NCBI RefSeq assembly: GCF_006345805.1
Contig: NC_043008.1
Location: 47,120,001 to 47,184,000 of the forward strand
Origin: Octopus sinensis
Lineage: Eukaryota
Length of the DNA stretch: 64,000 nt
Reading direction: 5' to 3'
The position numbers and the translations under genes are program-made. The notes below the pieces were generated by a model, which made no database searches, was not told the DNA's origin, and saw only the letters and a list, made by a program, of their open reading frames with translations. Positions 51,787 through 64,000 of the stretch are shown piece by piece (within the stretch, counting starts at the first letter, position 1; each line of letters opens with the position of its first letter).

Positions 51787-52178
51787 TTTTGGTTGAGAAT
51801 GGAACAAAAAATAAGGTCTTGTAGGATAGAAATTTTAAATTCGTTTCGTTTCATTAGTCCTTTTAATTAACGGTCATTTCAATAAACGGGTATATGGAAT
51901 TGATATAGAAATTACGATTTAAATTCATTATTTAAAATGGAAGAAAAAAATTTTAAACTTAGCTTTAGTAGAAGGGGGAAAACCTGTATACCCAGGGTAA
52001 ATTAAATAATGGTAAAATGAATTTAAATTTATGTCCGTTTATAATAAAAGATATTCACAAAGACTAATATCATAAAAACACATACATTTACTTATACAAA
52101 AACATTCTAAAATACTATACATATATACACTAAACATACAAACGTTGATAACATTCCTACATATACAAATAACTACAG

Positions 52179-52219
<41 letters not shown>

Positions 52220-53779
52220 TATATATATATAATATATGCATCACGTTATATATATATATATATATACACTAATGTATATACAGGTATCTATGTATATGTA
52301 TATAAATACATAATGGGTCTCCGTGCGCAATTCTAAATGTACAACTTAGCAGGGGCTAGTTAGAAAAATAAAACGAAAACGAAAAAGGAAATCAGAAAAA
52401 TGATAAGTGGTCAGAGAAAGAAAAAGAAATGATGGGAGAATAAAAGATAAAATAGAAAGAGAGAAAAGGATAAAACTGGATAGGGACAGAGAAATGACTT
52501 GGCTGTTTGCGTTCGCAGACAATATCTAACTAATATTAGATTCTTCTGTAAGCCTGCAAACGCACGCATATAAAAACGCACACAAAGAAAGCAGACATGC
52601 ATATCTACATAAATACATACATATATACAATAGTAACACACATGTAGACACGCATACAAATAAGCATATATATATTCACATCAAGATACATATATACACC
52701 ATAACATATATACGCATAAAAATTAAAAACTGTCTGGTGTATCGAATATTAAAATAAGAAAATTGATGTATTATAAAATGTAATGCAAGTTTATAAATTT
52801 TAAATTAAAAGTTTAAATGTGAAAATGAATTAAAATGAGGAAAATTTAACCTCGGCAAACTTTCAATTTAAATTCAAATTTAAGTTCGCAAAACAGTCGA
52901 AAGTTAGCTATTCTTGTTGCAAAAACTTCACCTCTTTAATTAACCAACTATACGAAGGAATCTCAATTTCAAAGATCAGACCTGCTGTCCGATACGAGGA
53001 AAATGTCTTGAGAAAGGAATAGTTTATAGAGCTAAAATATATGGAGATGGCTCACAAGAATAAAACAAAAGAAAACATACACTAGAGCTTCGGAAAATTC
53101 GTTCGAGACTAGGTTTTATTCTCACCGAAATTCTTTTCGATACCCCGATAATAGGACAACAGCAAGTCATTCAAAATATGTCTGGCTATTGAAGGAAAAT
53201 GATACCGTCCTATCAGCTGGAAAATTTTGGAGAAAGCAGCACCATATAAACATGGAGCATACAGATGACCAGTAAGATGCAATTTGGGCCTCTCTCAGAG
53301 ATTTTTCATCCTGTTCCAGGATAAACATTCATTGAACCAAACACGGGAGTTTTTAAATTCCTATTCCTGCAGACACGCCATGAGTTTGAAAATGTCAACA
53401 GAAAACATATCGTATGGGTAGTTTTTTGATTTCCAAAAGAATTTTTTGATTTTGCATTTGAATTTGTTTTTTACACCTAAACTATAGACATATATTACCA
53501 TGCTGGTACATATTTCGACTTTATATTTTACGTTCGACAATTAAGAAAGCCTTCGACTGTTTTGCAAATTTAAATTTAAATTTTGCTGATGTTAGAAATT
53601 TTACTCATTTTATTCATTTTCATATTTAAATTTTAAGTTTATATTTTTTTTATACTTTTCAAATTTACATTACATTTAATTATATTATATCAATTTTCTT
53701 ATTTTAATATTCAATACGCCAGACACTTTTTAATATATTTGTACGCGTATATCCGTTATGGTGTATATGTATCTCGATG

Positions 53780-53838
<59 letters not shown>

Positions 53839-54102
53839 TTGTGAATGTGTTTATTATATTTGTATGCGTGTCTACATGTGTGATACTTTCGTATATATGT
53901 ATGCATTTACGTAGATACGCATGTCTATTTCATCTGTGTGCGTTTTCATATGTGTGCGTTTTCATATGTGTGCGTATGCAAGCTTACAGAAGATTATAAT
54001 CTCTGTTGGATACTGTTTGGGAACGCCAGCTTCCAAATCCTTTATCTCTCTCTCACTATCTGTTTTTCTCTTTTCTCTTTTACTTCTTTCTTTCTCCCAT
54101 CA

Positions 54103-54156
<54 letters not shown>

Positions 54157-54566
54157 GCCTGTATTTTTTTTGTATGTAAGCTGTTACCTACGTTTGCTTA
54201 TGTATGCAAAAATTTCTTAGTTTGTGTATGTATAAGCAAATATATATGTGTTTCTATGATGTTAGTTCTTTGTGAATATTTTTATTACAAACAGACATAA
54301 CTTTAAATTTATTTTACCATTATTCAATTTACCCTGGGTATACAGGGTTATATCCATCTACTAAAGCCAATTTTTGATTTAAGGTTTTCTTCCATTTTGA
54401 ATATGATTTTAAATCGTAATTTTAAATTTAATTTCATATAACCGGTTATTGAAAAGACCGCTATTTGAAAGACCCAATGTAACAAGGCCAATTTCAAACG
54501 GATATCTATCAATGTATTGTATATTGATATATAAAACCTTATTTTTTGTTCCATTCTCAACCAAAA
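51787..54566. repeat. ~1.1-kb diverged inverted repeat (51787-52902 / 53552-54566)
   Basis: Shared blocks such as GGTTGAGAATGGAACAAAAAATAAGG, CTGTATACCCAGGGTAAATT, CACACATGTAGACACGCATACAAAT, GCAAAACAGTCGAA in opposite orientation. Confidence 0.85.
52960..53390 (+). pseudogene. Penelope-like GIY-YIG endonuclease / C-terminus remnant
   Basis: CPIRGKCLEKGIVYRAK, FETRFYSHRNSFR, SKYVWLLKE, ISWKILEKAAPY. Confidence 0.75.
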
Positions 54567-54700
54567 CTGTCCGACGAACGGGAACGTAAGTTTTTGTGAT
54601 GTCTTTTCAGATTTATTAATAAAGCATATTATTCTACCCCCGGTATTTGAGTACCATATTTCACCAACTTGTTTCACATTTATGTGTTTACTCTGGTGTG

Positions 54701-54763
<63 letters not shown>

Positions 54764-55360
54764 CTATATATATATATATATATATATACATATATATATA
54801 GATATATAGCCTGTATTTTTTTTGTATGTAAGCTGTTACCTACGTTTGTTATGTATGCAAAAATTTCTTAGTTTGTGTATGTATAAGCAAATATATATGT
54901 GTTTCTATGATGTTAGTTCTTTGTGAATATTTTTATTACAAACAGACATAACTTTAAATTTATTTTACCATTATTCAATTTACCCTGGGTATACAGGGTT
55001 ATATCCATCTACTAAAGCCAATTTTTGATTAAGGTTTTCTTCCATTTTGAATATGATTTTTAATTTTAATTAAATCGTAATTTTAAATTTAATTTCATAT
55101 AACCGGTTATTGAAAAGACCACTATTTGAAAGACCCAATGTAACAAGGCCAATTTCAAACGGTATCTATCAATGTATTGTATATTGATATATAAAACCTT
55201 ATTTTTTGTTCCATTCTCAACCAAAACTGTCCGACGAACGGGAACGTAAGTTTTTGTGATGTCTTTTCAGATTTATTAATAAAGCATATTATTCTACCCC
55301 CGGTATTTGAGTACCATATTTCACCAACTTGTTTCACATTTATGTGTTTACTCTGGTGTG

Positions 55361-55365
<5 letters not shown>
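54157..55365 (+). repeat. Tandem duplication, period ~652 bp (54157-54705, 54809-55365)
   Basis: Near-identical copies, each bounded by (TA)n. Confidence 0.9.
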
Positions 55366-55418
<53 letters not shown>

Positions 55419-55446
55419 GTGTGTGTGTGTGTGTGTGGTGTGTGTG

Positions 55447-55486
<40 letters not shown>

Positions 55487-56541
55487 ATATGTATATATTA
55501 GTCCCTCAAGATTTACTATTTGCCACCAGGCATTTCGGAATCCTTGAAGGCTAAATTAATATCGTATTAAATGTGCTGAATAGTCAATGTAATTAATCCA
55601 GATACTGTTTCTTTATATAAACAGCAGTATCTTACAGATCTCGTTACGAGATTATGAGGGCAAATAACGTGGTAGAAATACTTCAATTTTACTCAGATTC
55701 GGAATTTAATGGTAAAAGTTCTCAGCTGAAATTCTTGATGCTTTTAATGTGAATATCTTTGGGAAATGTAATCCTGCTCTAAATATATAAAAAAAAAGTA
55801 GTCATTCTTTGAAAATCAGAAGATGACGTTATTGATACATCCAAGAATCGTAAGATGAAAAGAAAAATAATAAAATAGAGAATCGGTAATATTAAATTGC
55901 AACACGCTTTCCTGTAATTTGAAGAAATGTTTGCAGAAGTGGATTTTCGATGGCAGCGAATACAGAAATTTCCATTCTGATTAACATGAGATACAGCATA
56001 GTGTAACTTGAGATATATTAATTTTGTAAAATAGGAGATATGTTAATAATAACCACCCTCAATGAATGATATGATACTAAGTAGATACTAAAATATTTAT
56101 GGCACTACAGTACCAATCTACACAAGATTCAGAAGATTTTAATCAGATAATTTTACACAAAAATATCCATATCTTCATGTCTTTTAGTATTGCCATATAA
56201 CTTAGTCTGGAAAATTTTTCCTGTTACTGTAACGTAGTTATAAGTCTTTCTGGAATTTAAGAAGAACTTTAAAAAGACAAATCACAGCAGTTTGCATAGT
56301 CCTAATGAGACAGATGTGTTTCATCTGATTTCACAGAGATAACATTACCTTCATATAAATATATCTTATACTCTTTTCTACGTAAATTACAAGGTAAAAT
56401 AACGAAATTTAAGTTGATTTTGAAGCCATAACGGTATCCTTCATGCTTCATCATGTATTACTCGAAGTTTTTCAATGTTGAAGACATACTTACAGCTTCA
56501 AAGAAAAGTGGAGATTTCTTCAAGTAAACGCCCAGTATTTA

Positions 56542-56602
<61 letters not shown>

Positions 56603-56705
56603 ACTGTACATCTATGTATACATATATATGTGTGCAGAGATAGAGAAATGTAAATTGTTTTACGCGTAAACAATACAAAAAGAAAGGTGTCAAACACAGG
56701 CATAA

Positions 56706-56736
<31 letters not shown>

Positions 56737-57044
56737 CACACACAAGGAGCATGTTCTACTAGTGATGATACACTCTCATGTAAGTGCGTGTGTGTGTGTG
56801 TGTACGAGTGAATAATACCATACTACATAAATTAAGGATGTACTACAATCATCAACAGTAAGACATCACTCATGTGCAATAATGACCAGCTGCACTTGAG
56901 AGAAAAAAATAATCTCAAGGGGCCAGATTTCTCCGAAGTTGAAATGACATTCAGGCAAAGGACAGTTGTTGACTCGTATTTCTACCCTCCTACCCTTCCT
57001 CATTTGCAGTCTCCAGAGGATTTAAAGAGCATAATAAACATCAT

Positions 57045-57425
57045 AGGCTCAGGAGTGGCTGTGTGGCAAGTAGCTTGCTTGACAACTGTATGGTCCCGGC
57101 TTCAGTCCCACTGTGTGGCACCTCGGGCAAATGTCTTCTACTATAGTCTCAGGCTGACCAAAGCTGCGCGAGTTGATTTGGTAGACGGAAACTGAAAGAA
57201 ACACGTCGTGTGTATATATATATATATGTTTGTGTATCTGTGTTTGCACCCTCCCCCACATCGCTTGACAACCGATGCTGGTATGTTTACGTCCCTGTAA
57301 CTTATCGGTTCGGCAAAACAGACCGACTGAATAAGTACTAGGCTTACAAAGACTAAGTCCTGGGGTTTGCTAAAGGCGGTGCTCAGGTATGGCCGCAGTC
57401 AAATGTCTGAAACCAATAAAAGAAG
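57045..57425 (+). mobile_element. CORE-type tRNA SINE
   Basis: GTGGCTGTGTGG head, TTCAGTCCC, GGCACCTCGGGCAAATGTCTTCTACTATAG (CORE-like); a head fragment also lies at ~63435-63585. Confidence 0.75.
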
Positions 57426-57569
57426 GAATAATAGGATAATGGCGAAGTATTTTGAATATTCTACTCACAAATGAACTGGGAACGAAGAGAATTCTCAAAT
57501 TAAAACAAGATTTTATGCTGCAATGTATTTCAGATATCTGAATTCGTGTTAAAAATTAAATACCGACCG

Positions 57570-58626
57570 AATGATATCCACGTCCATTTCAGCACGATCT
57601 CTCGCCTACAACAACGATACAACAAGACCAACAGCACTGCAGACCGTTCACGCGGTGGGCGCTCCCTGGTGACCACGCCCAGACAGGTCTACTTCGTCCA
57701 CCTGCAACAGCTCCGTGAACGCTACAGACCGGCCCACGTGTCAGCTAGCGAGACCATTGAGACTGAACAGCGGCCCATCAGCGACGACACGGTACGACGT
57801 CGACTGGCCTCCAACAACCTGCATTGCCGTCGTCCTACTCGAGGGCCTCTCCTCACCGCCCGCCACCGTCAGGCACAACTACAGTGGACTACACAACACC
57901 GACATTGGCAGCATCAACAGTGGATGTACTGCGTTTCCATCTTGGACGGCAGACTAATAGTGTGGTGTTGGAGGGGTGAACGCCACAAAGACGCACGTGT
58001 CATGGAGAAAATTGCGTGGAGTGGTCAAAACAATATGGTTTGGAGTGCTATAGACCTGAATGTTGGTGCGGGCAGAGGGAGGAATGGCATCACAGCGCAG
58101 CGCTACATTGATCAGATCCTAAGACCTCACACCGTGCCCTACATCGCGCGTCACCATAACCACGTGTCAAACAGGACAATGCTCCTTCCCACACGGCTAG
58201 CGTAACCATGGAACTTCCTGCGTTAGCACGACACCAGAACCGTGTCGAGGCAGACTCTCGGCCCGGGTTTGAACCCAATTGAACACCTGTGGTGGGATGC
58301 AATACAGAGGTGGCTGGACCAGGTGGTACCAAGGCCGACAACTCGTGTGGAAATGGAAGCAGCTTTCTTCAGGATGTGGTCACAGGTGCCTGTGGCTTTT
58401 GTTAACCGCCTCATGCACTCCATGTACCGGTATTGAACATGTCACACCCTGCAATATCGATGTGCTGGATCTGCCCACTACCAGAACACATGACAACGAC
58501 CCACAGAATATGGTCGAAGTGCATCCAAGAAATTGACTTTATCAGATTTAGCAAAATTTATCTTTTACATAGTGAAATTAAAACACATTTCAGAGTCACG
58601 TCTCGCCTGTCTTTTGCGGTTCAGTG
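57570..58626 (+). pseudogene. Tc1-like transposase remnant with right TIR
   Basis: DRSRGGRSLVTTPRQ, ISDDTVRRRL, CRRPTRGPLLT, RYIDQILRP, LNPIEHLW; ends TTTTGCGGTTCAGTG. Confidence 0.85.
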
Positions 58627-58699
58627 TCGTGTTGTAATGTTTTCATTAATCAATTAAAGAAATCACTAGAAACGGCCGTAACGGATTGACACATGTACC

Positions 58700-58721
58700 T
58701 ATACTGTTATTTATTTCCTTT

Positions 58722-58818
<97 letters not shown>

Positions 58819-58830
58819 ATATTATATATA

Positions 58831-58876
<46 letters not shown>

Positions 58877-58897
58877 ATATATATATATAAATATATG

Positions 58898-58928
<31 letters not shown>

Positions 58929-58951
58929 ATTTATATGTATATATATATATT

Positions 58952-58982
<31 letters not shown>

Positions 58983-58997
58983 ATTTATATATATATA

Positions 58998-59077
<80 letters not shown>

Positions 59078-59330
59078 TATATATATAATATATATTTATA
59101 TATATATATATTTATATATATATATATTATTATATATAATATTTATATATATAATATATATATTATTATATATATATTTATATATATATAATATATATAT
59201 ATATACACATATATATGTATACACATACACATATATATATACATACATATATATACACACACACACACATATACACACATACACACACACATACACACAC
59301 ATATACATATATATATATACATATACATAT
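58700..59330. repeat. Long degenerate (TA)n/(CA)n tract
   Basis: Seen directly. Confidence 0.95.
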
Positions 59331-62300
59331 CTGCGCGAGTGTGTATGGGTTGGTTTAAGTGGGTGACTGCATGTATTTGCGTATATGTGTGTGTGTTTGT
59401 GTGTGTGTGTGTAGAAGCGTGTGTCCCTGTGTATTGACATTATATGTGAATGTAGTCATCGGATGTGTCAAATGTGTTAGATATGTTTGTACATGTAAAG
59501 TCTGAAGTTTTTTAATTAATGCGAGGCTGAGACAAATTTAATACAGTTGTAACTTAAACATGCATTCAAAATGTATGTGCGTGTATGGTGTGCGGTGTGT
59601 GTGTGTGGGGGGTGAATAAATGTATGTATGAATGTATGCATGTATCTATGTATGTCATGAAAATGCAGAAAGCGCCATGTTATTTTGGATTTTCATGGAG
59701 GCGAGATAATAAAATGCATTCAACAAATATATTATCTGGAATCTGCAATTACTAAAGACGTTTGCCTCGTCGTGATCTAAATTTGTATTGTTACACTTGA
59801 TTCTACCAGAAGCAGTCTCACCGCGGACAAGGCTGTGATTACAAAATGGCAATATGGTAGATATAATTAGTTTTTCATATTCTAATTTTTCATTCTAGTT
59901 CAAATACCAGTGTGTTAAGCTTGCAATCATATACTTAGATTTACCAATCAACTCCCATCATCAACAAATCATATAGACCTCTGGTTTTGCGATAAATTAT
60001 TTGAAAGCCTTTGAAATCTGACGAAGTAGCTTAGTAAAGACTCAACCATGAACTTTCATAGGGTTGTGACCTTTAAAAGAATCGTGTTTAGTGAAGCTTT
60101 ATAATGATATGTTGTAAGCCAGGAGAGAGAATAAGACCAGCAAATCAGTGGAGATATTAAAGTGTTAGATGCAAAGATCAGAAAGCTTTGTAGCAGCAAT
60201 AAAGGAAACAGTGAAACGAAACAACATTTGTGAACTTGAATCTCTAACGTGTTGGTGAGTAATTGCTGTTTTTATTTTCATTCTTTGAAAATAAGCCAGA
60301 TGCCGATTAGCTTTTATACAGATGAAATTATGTGATTGCTTTACAGCAGCATGATATTCTGATCATGTTGACAAATGTCTTTTGTAGTTTATTATTATTT
60401 CGTGACTATATCAATATCTCTCAAAACATCCCAACATCAAAGGTTTGGAAATCTGAAATCATTAATTAAACAAGAAAACATTTTGAACGATTGGAATTAG
60501 AGTTAAAACATATCGCAGAAATTCTCTGATGATAATCTCAATATGAAAACTTGTGCCGTGCCTCCCTGATTTGTAGATGGGCAGCAGCTATTTCTATCGC
60601 TGAAAAGAAAACCGAACATTCTATATTCAACTTTGAGAATGTTGATCTGAGGACATTAAACAGATCATTTTGACACAGCCTCACAAACCCGTGAATATTA
60701 AGTTATTTATATCCATGTCAATAATGGCTTATACGTGATGTAATATTGTAAATCTGTTTGTTACATGTTATGGTGATTTCATATCCGTCATAATAGAAAG
60801 TATTGACACTGAAATGCTTTCCAGAATAAAAAAAAGAACCGTATTTAGAATTAGAAATTACTGGGTTTGATAATTACTCTGTCACAGCAACCATATGCAA
60901 AACAATAGCCACGTTTGTCATAACGCATTTGATACTGCCAGCTTCCGACATCTAATTACAATGTTTATGAGGTGAGAAAAAGATGCCTTGTAGCATCAAT
61001 TTTTTTCTCACCGCATACATACTTCAAATCAGATTTCTGATTCTCACCACTTTAAATAATTTCACTATTTAATTGATTGGCTTTTATAACTTCACTTGTT
61101 AATTCTTATAAGACTTGATTAACTTTAGTATTTCGTTGTTATATGACGTAATAAATAACTTTGCTAAGAAAATCATATGTGATCTCTACTTTATGCAGTC
61201 AAGAGTTAAATAATTTCACTATTTAATTTGAATATTTAATGATATCATATATAAATATTCGTGTCTTTTCAAGTGAGATGATTTGTTATAATGTATGTGA
61301 AATAGTAAGAGATGTATGTGGTTTTATGAGAAGGAATGAAAGGTAGAGTAACAGTAAGGGTCGGTGAACTTTGTGAAAGTAGCATAGGAATTATGTTATA
61401 GAATGTCAATGCGATTGAAATGAAATCTGTGTTCAAAGCGTATATTTAATATCGAAATCGGAAGATATTTGAAACATAGGTAACCAAATCACAATCTAAA
61501 TATTTGAATGCATACTGAACTTTTAAATACTACATGCATGCTTTCATGTGCATATAGATATGTGAGTGTGTGTGGAGGTGTCTATTTGGCTGGGTTTCTC
61601 TACTATAAGCTGCAGTTGGGAGACGAATTATAAGTGAAACTTAGGAAACACAAACTCCGTAGACGCACGCCTCTCCTGGAACAACACATTTGGCGAGGCT
61701 GGGGATTGCGTCATGGTTTCTAGAATCTGGGAAACAATTCGACAATACACAGGATTATTTTGTGCTTAGGCCGTTCAAGTTGTTCGTTCATGGGTAGAAA
61801 TCGACAAAATTCTTTATTACACACACTCACGCACACACCGAGAGATGGACACAGAGACAAGCAGACACACAGACAGACAGATGAATGTTTCTCATATCGA
61901 TATGGAAAGACAACACACAATCATGTGGAATGTGTACTTTGCTAGCGCAAACATATTCTCAAGCGTGTGTGTGTGAGTGTGTAGGTATGAAATTAAGCAT
62001 GTATGCATTTATGTTTGCATCACTATCTACCTATATATTTATCTATTTATCGCTCCTTCTTTCAGATATCATCAGCAGTATAACTGAAAAGAAAATATTG
62101 CTCATGATATCACTAAAAAAGTAACATTATCCAGTTAGTACACATTCTGCTATTAAGCAAATAACAACTTTTTTATATTTTTTTTCCAAGATGTTATAAA
62201 CTTAATGAGTGCTGGAAGATAAGTTACACAAAAACGTACTTAAATTCCAGAAGAAGCCTGTCATATATGAAATTGAATGTCGATGCGTCACAATCAGCGT

Positions 62301-62798
62301 ACAGTATTTCAGAAATTGGAACTCTAATTAGAAAGAGTCGGTTGCAAGCAACATAGATGAAACTGCTAAAGTATTTCCATCAATTAGAAATAGTTAAGCT
62401 CATAACCACAGAGCTGGACACCAACTTCATTTCTGGGTGAAATATTTTATTTTCAATATATGTAAGATCTGTTATGTATTGTATAATTTCATGGTTTACA
62501 TAATCGTGATGTTTGAGTGCTTTGCAACTAGCGTAACATTAATAAATGTGGGGAAATATTCATCTTCGTGGATGTGAGCGAACTAGAGTTATGGCGGGTG
62601 CCCAGCTTCAAACGAACGCACGACCGCGCTCACACGGGCACACACGTACCAACACACATATCACATCTAAGCATATAAGTATATGTTTCAGTGTGCGTGT
62701 GTATGTGCGTGTACATATATATATATATATATATATATGTACATACATATATATATACATACGTACATTATGTGTATATATATATACATATATACACA

Positions 62799-62982
<184 letters not shown>

Positions 62983-63598
62983 TATATTATATTATATTAT
63001 ATTATATTATATTATATTATATAAAGCTTCGCTCCAGTCATTGCATCTTTTCTCGCCTGCTGCTCTCTCAGATCTTCTCACGTTCTGTCATCTCTCTTGC
63101 ATTGAAACTTCATTCATACCATTTCCATTCATCTGCCATCTCTGATCAGAAGTTATGAAGAAAGTATTTAAACATAGCAGCAGTACACGGAAGGCCGATG
63201 GTATGACTTTAGGCCAGACACTTACTATTGACTGTATTTAACCAAAACTGCCTGATCGTTGGAACTTTTAGACTACAACGTACAACCAGTTTGCAATTAA
63301 TGCTTTCATTATGTTCGTTTAATTACTGTTCAGAATTTTCACGCACATACATATATATGGGGTGTGGTTGTTCGTGTGTATCTGTGTGCGTATTCACATA
63401 TATTAATCTATAGGTGTATATGTACATAAATATAGGTGCAAGCGTAGCCGTGTGGTAAAAAATTTGCTTCCCAACCACATGGTTCCGGGTTCAGTCACAT
63501 GGCGTCTCTTATGCAATAGTGTCGGCTTGACCGAAACCTATGTGTGGGTTTGGTAGACGGATACTGAAAGAGCTCCGGTGTATCCATCTATTTATATA

Positions 63599-63654
<56 letters not shown>

Positions 63655-63715
63655 ATAGATAGATACATACATACATATGTATGTATATATATATATATAA
63701 TATATATATATATAT

Positions 63716-64000
63716 ATGAAACTCAACAAGAATGAGATAAACCTCTTATTAAAAGGTTTCAAGTTTACCCCGACACCCACCCCTAATCTCATTGAACTGA
63801 AATCCGATACTGAACACTTCAACCTTCACCTCCGACTTATAGAATTCTTCAACAATAAAGATTTAAATGATGAATCAATAGCCGGAATTAATTCCCACTT
63901 CACCCCCTACAAGGGAAAGGAGAAATATTTAGACGCGTATATAGACACGATTTCCCCTAAATACCCACAAATACCCTAAATACCTACAAATGCAAGCAAA
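63716..64000 (+). pseudogene. N-terminal part of a Penelope-like ORF, cut by window end
   Basis: EINLLLKGFKFTPTP.PNLIELKSD...LRLIEFF matches the typical PLE pre-RT region. Confidence 0.6.

Noticed and set aside
60169-60254. ATG-led 28-codon stretch ending at GTGAGT
   Set aside because: No homology and no supporting downstream exon.

Overview
AT-rich, microsatellite-dense eukaryotic DNA. The SINE, Penelope and Helitron repeat content suggests an octopus-type (coleoid cephalopod) genome; this is an inference. No host protein-coding gene could be supported, and most long ORFs are microsatellite artefacts. The main structure is a nested retroelement locus at 31.3-43.3 kb. A Helitron-like element (A|TC at 31319; hairpin plus CTAG|T ending 43328) contains a relic LINE ORF1 that reads in frame across a 16-bp site (AACAACAT[C/G]GAGGAAA). 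That site is now present five times and separates four head-to-tail, same-strand elements. Three are near-identical ~1.9-kb ORF1-only units (A1-A3). The fourth is a 5.2-kb L1/Tx1-type LINE (B: ORF1 with CCHC knuckle; ORF2 with APE, RT and CCHC), whose ORF2 is broken only by six single-base-scale frameshifts. A and B have distantly related ORF1s but share a ~45-nt 3' tail. The same tail appears on a tRNA-derived SINE (891-1122) and on another fragment (50122-50410). Working hypothesis: a sequence-specific LINE that targets the ORF1 of a related LINE and mobilises both an ORF1-only partner and a SINE. Other features: an 80-bp spacerless perfect palindrome next to a 177-bp exact duplication, a long hairpin, hammerhead-like Penelope ends, a ~1.1-kb inverted repeat, and decayed R4/Dong, CR1, RTE, Penelope and Tc1/mariner remnants. 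All alignments and counts were done by eye.
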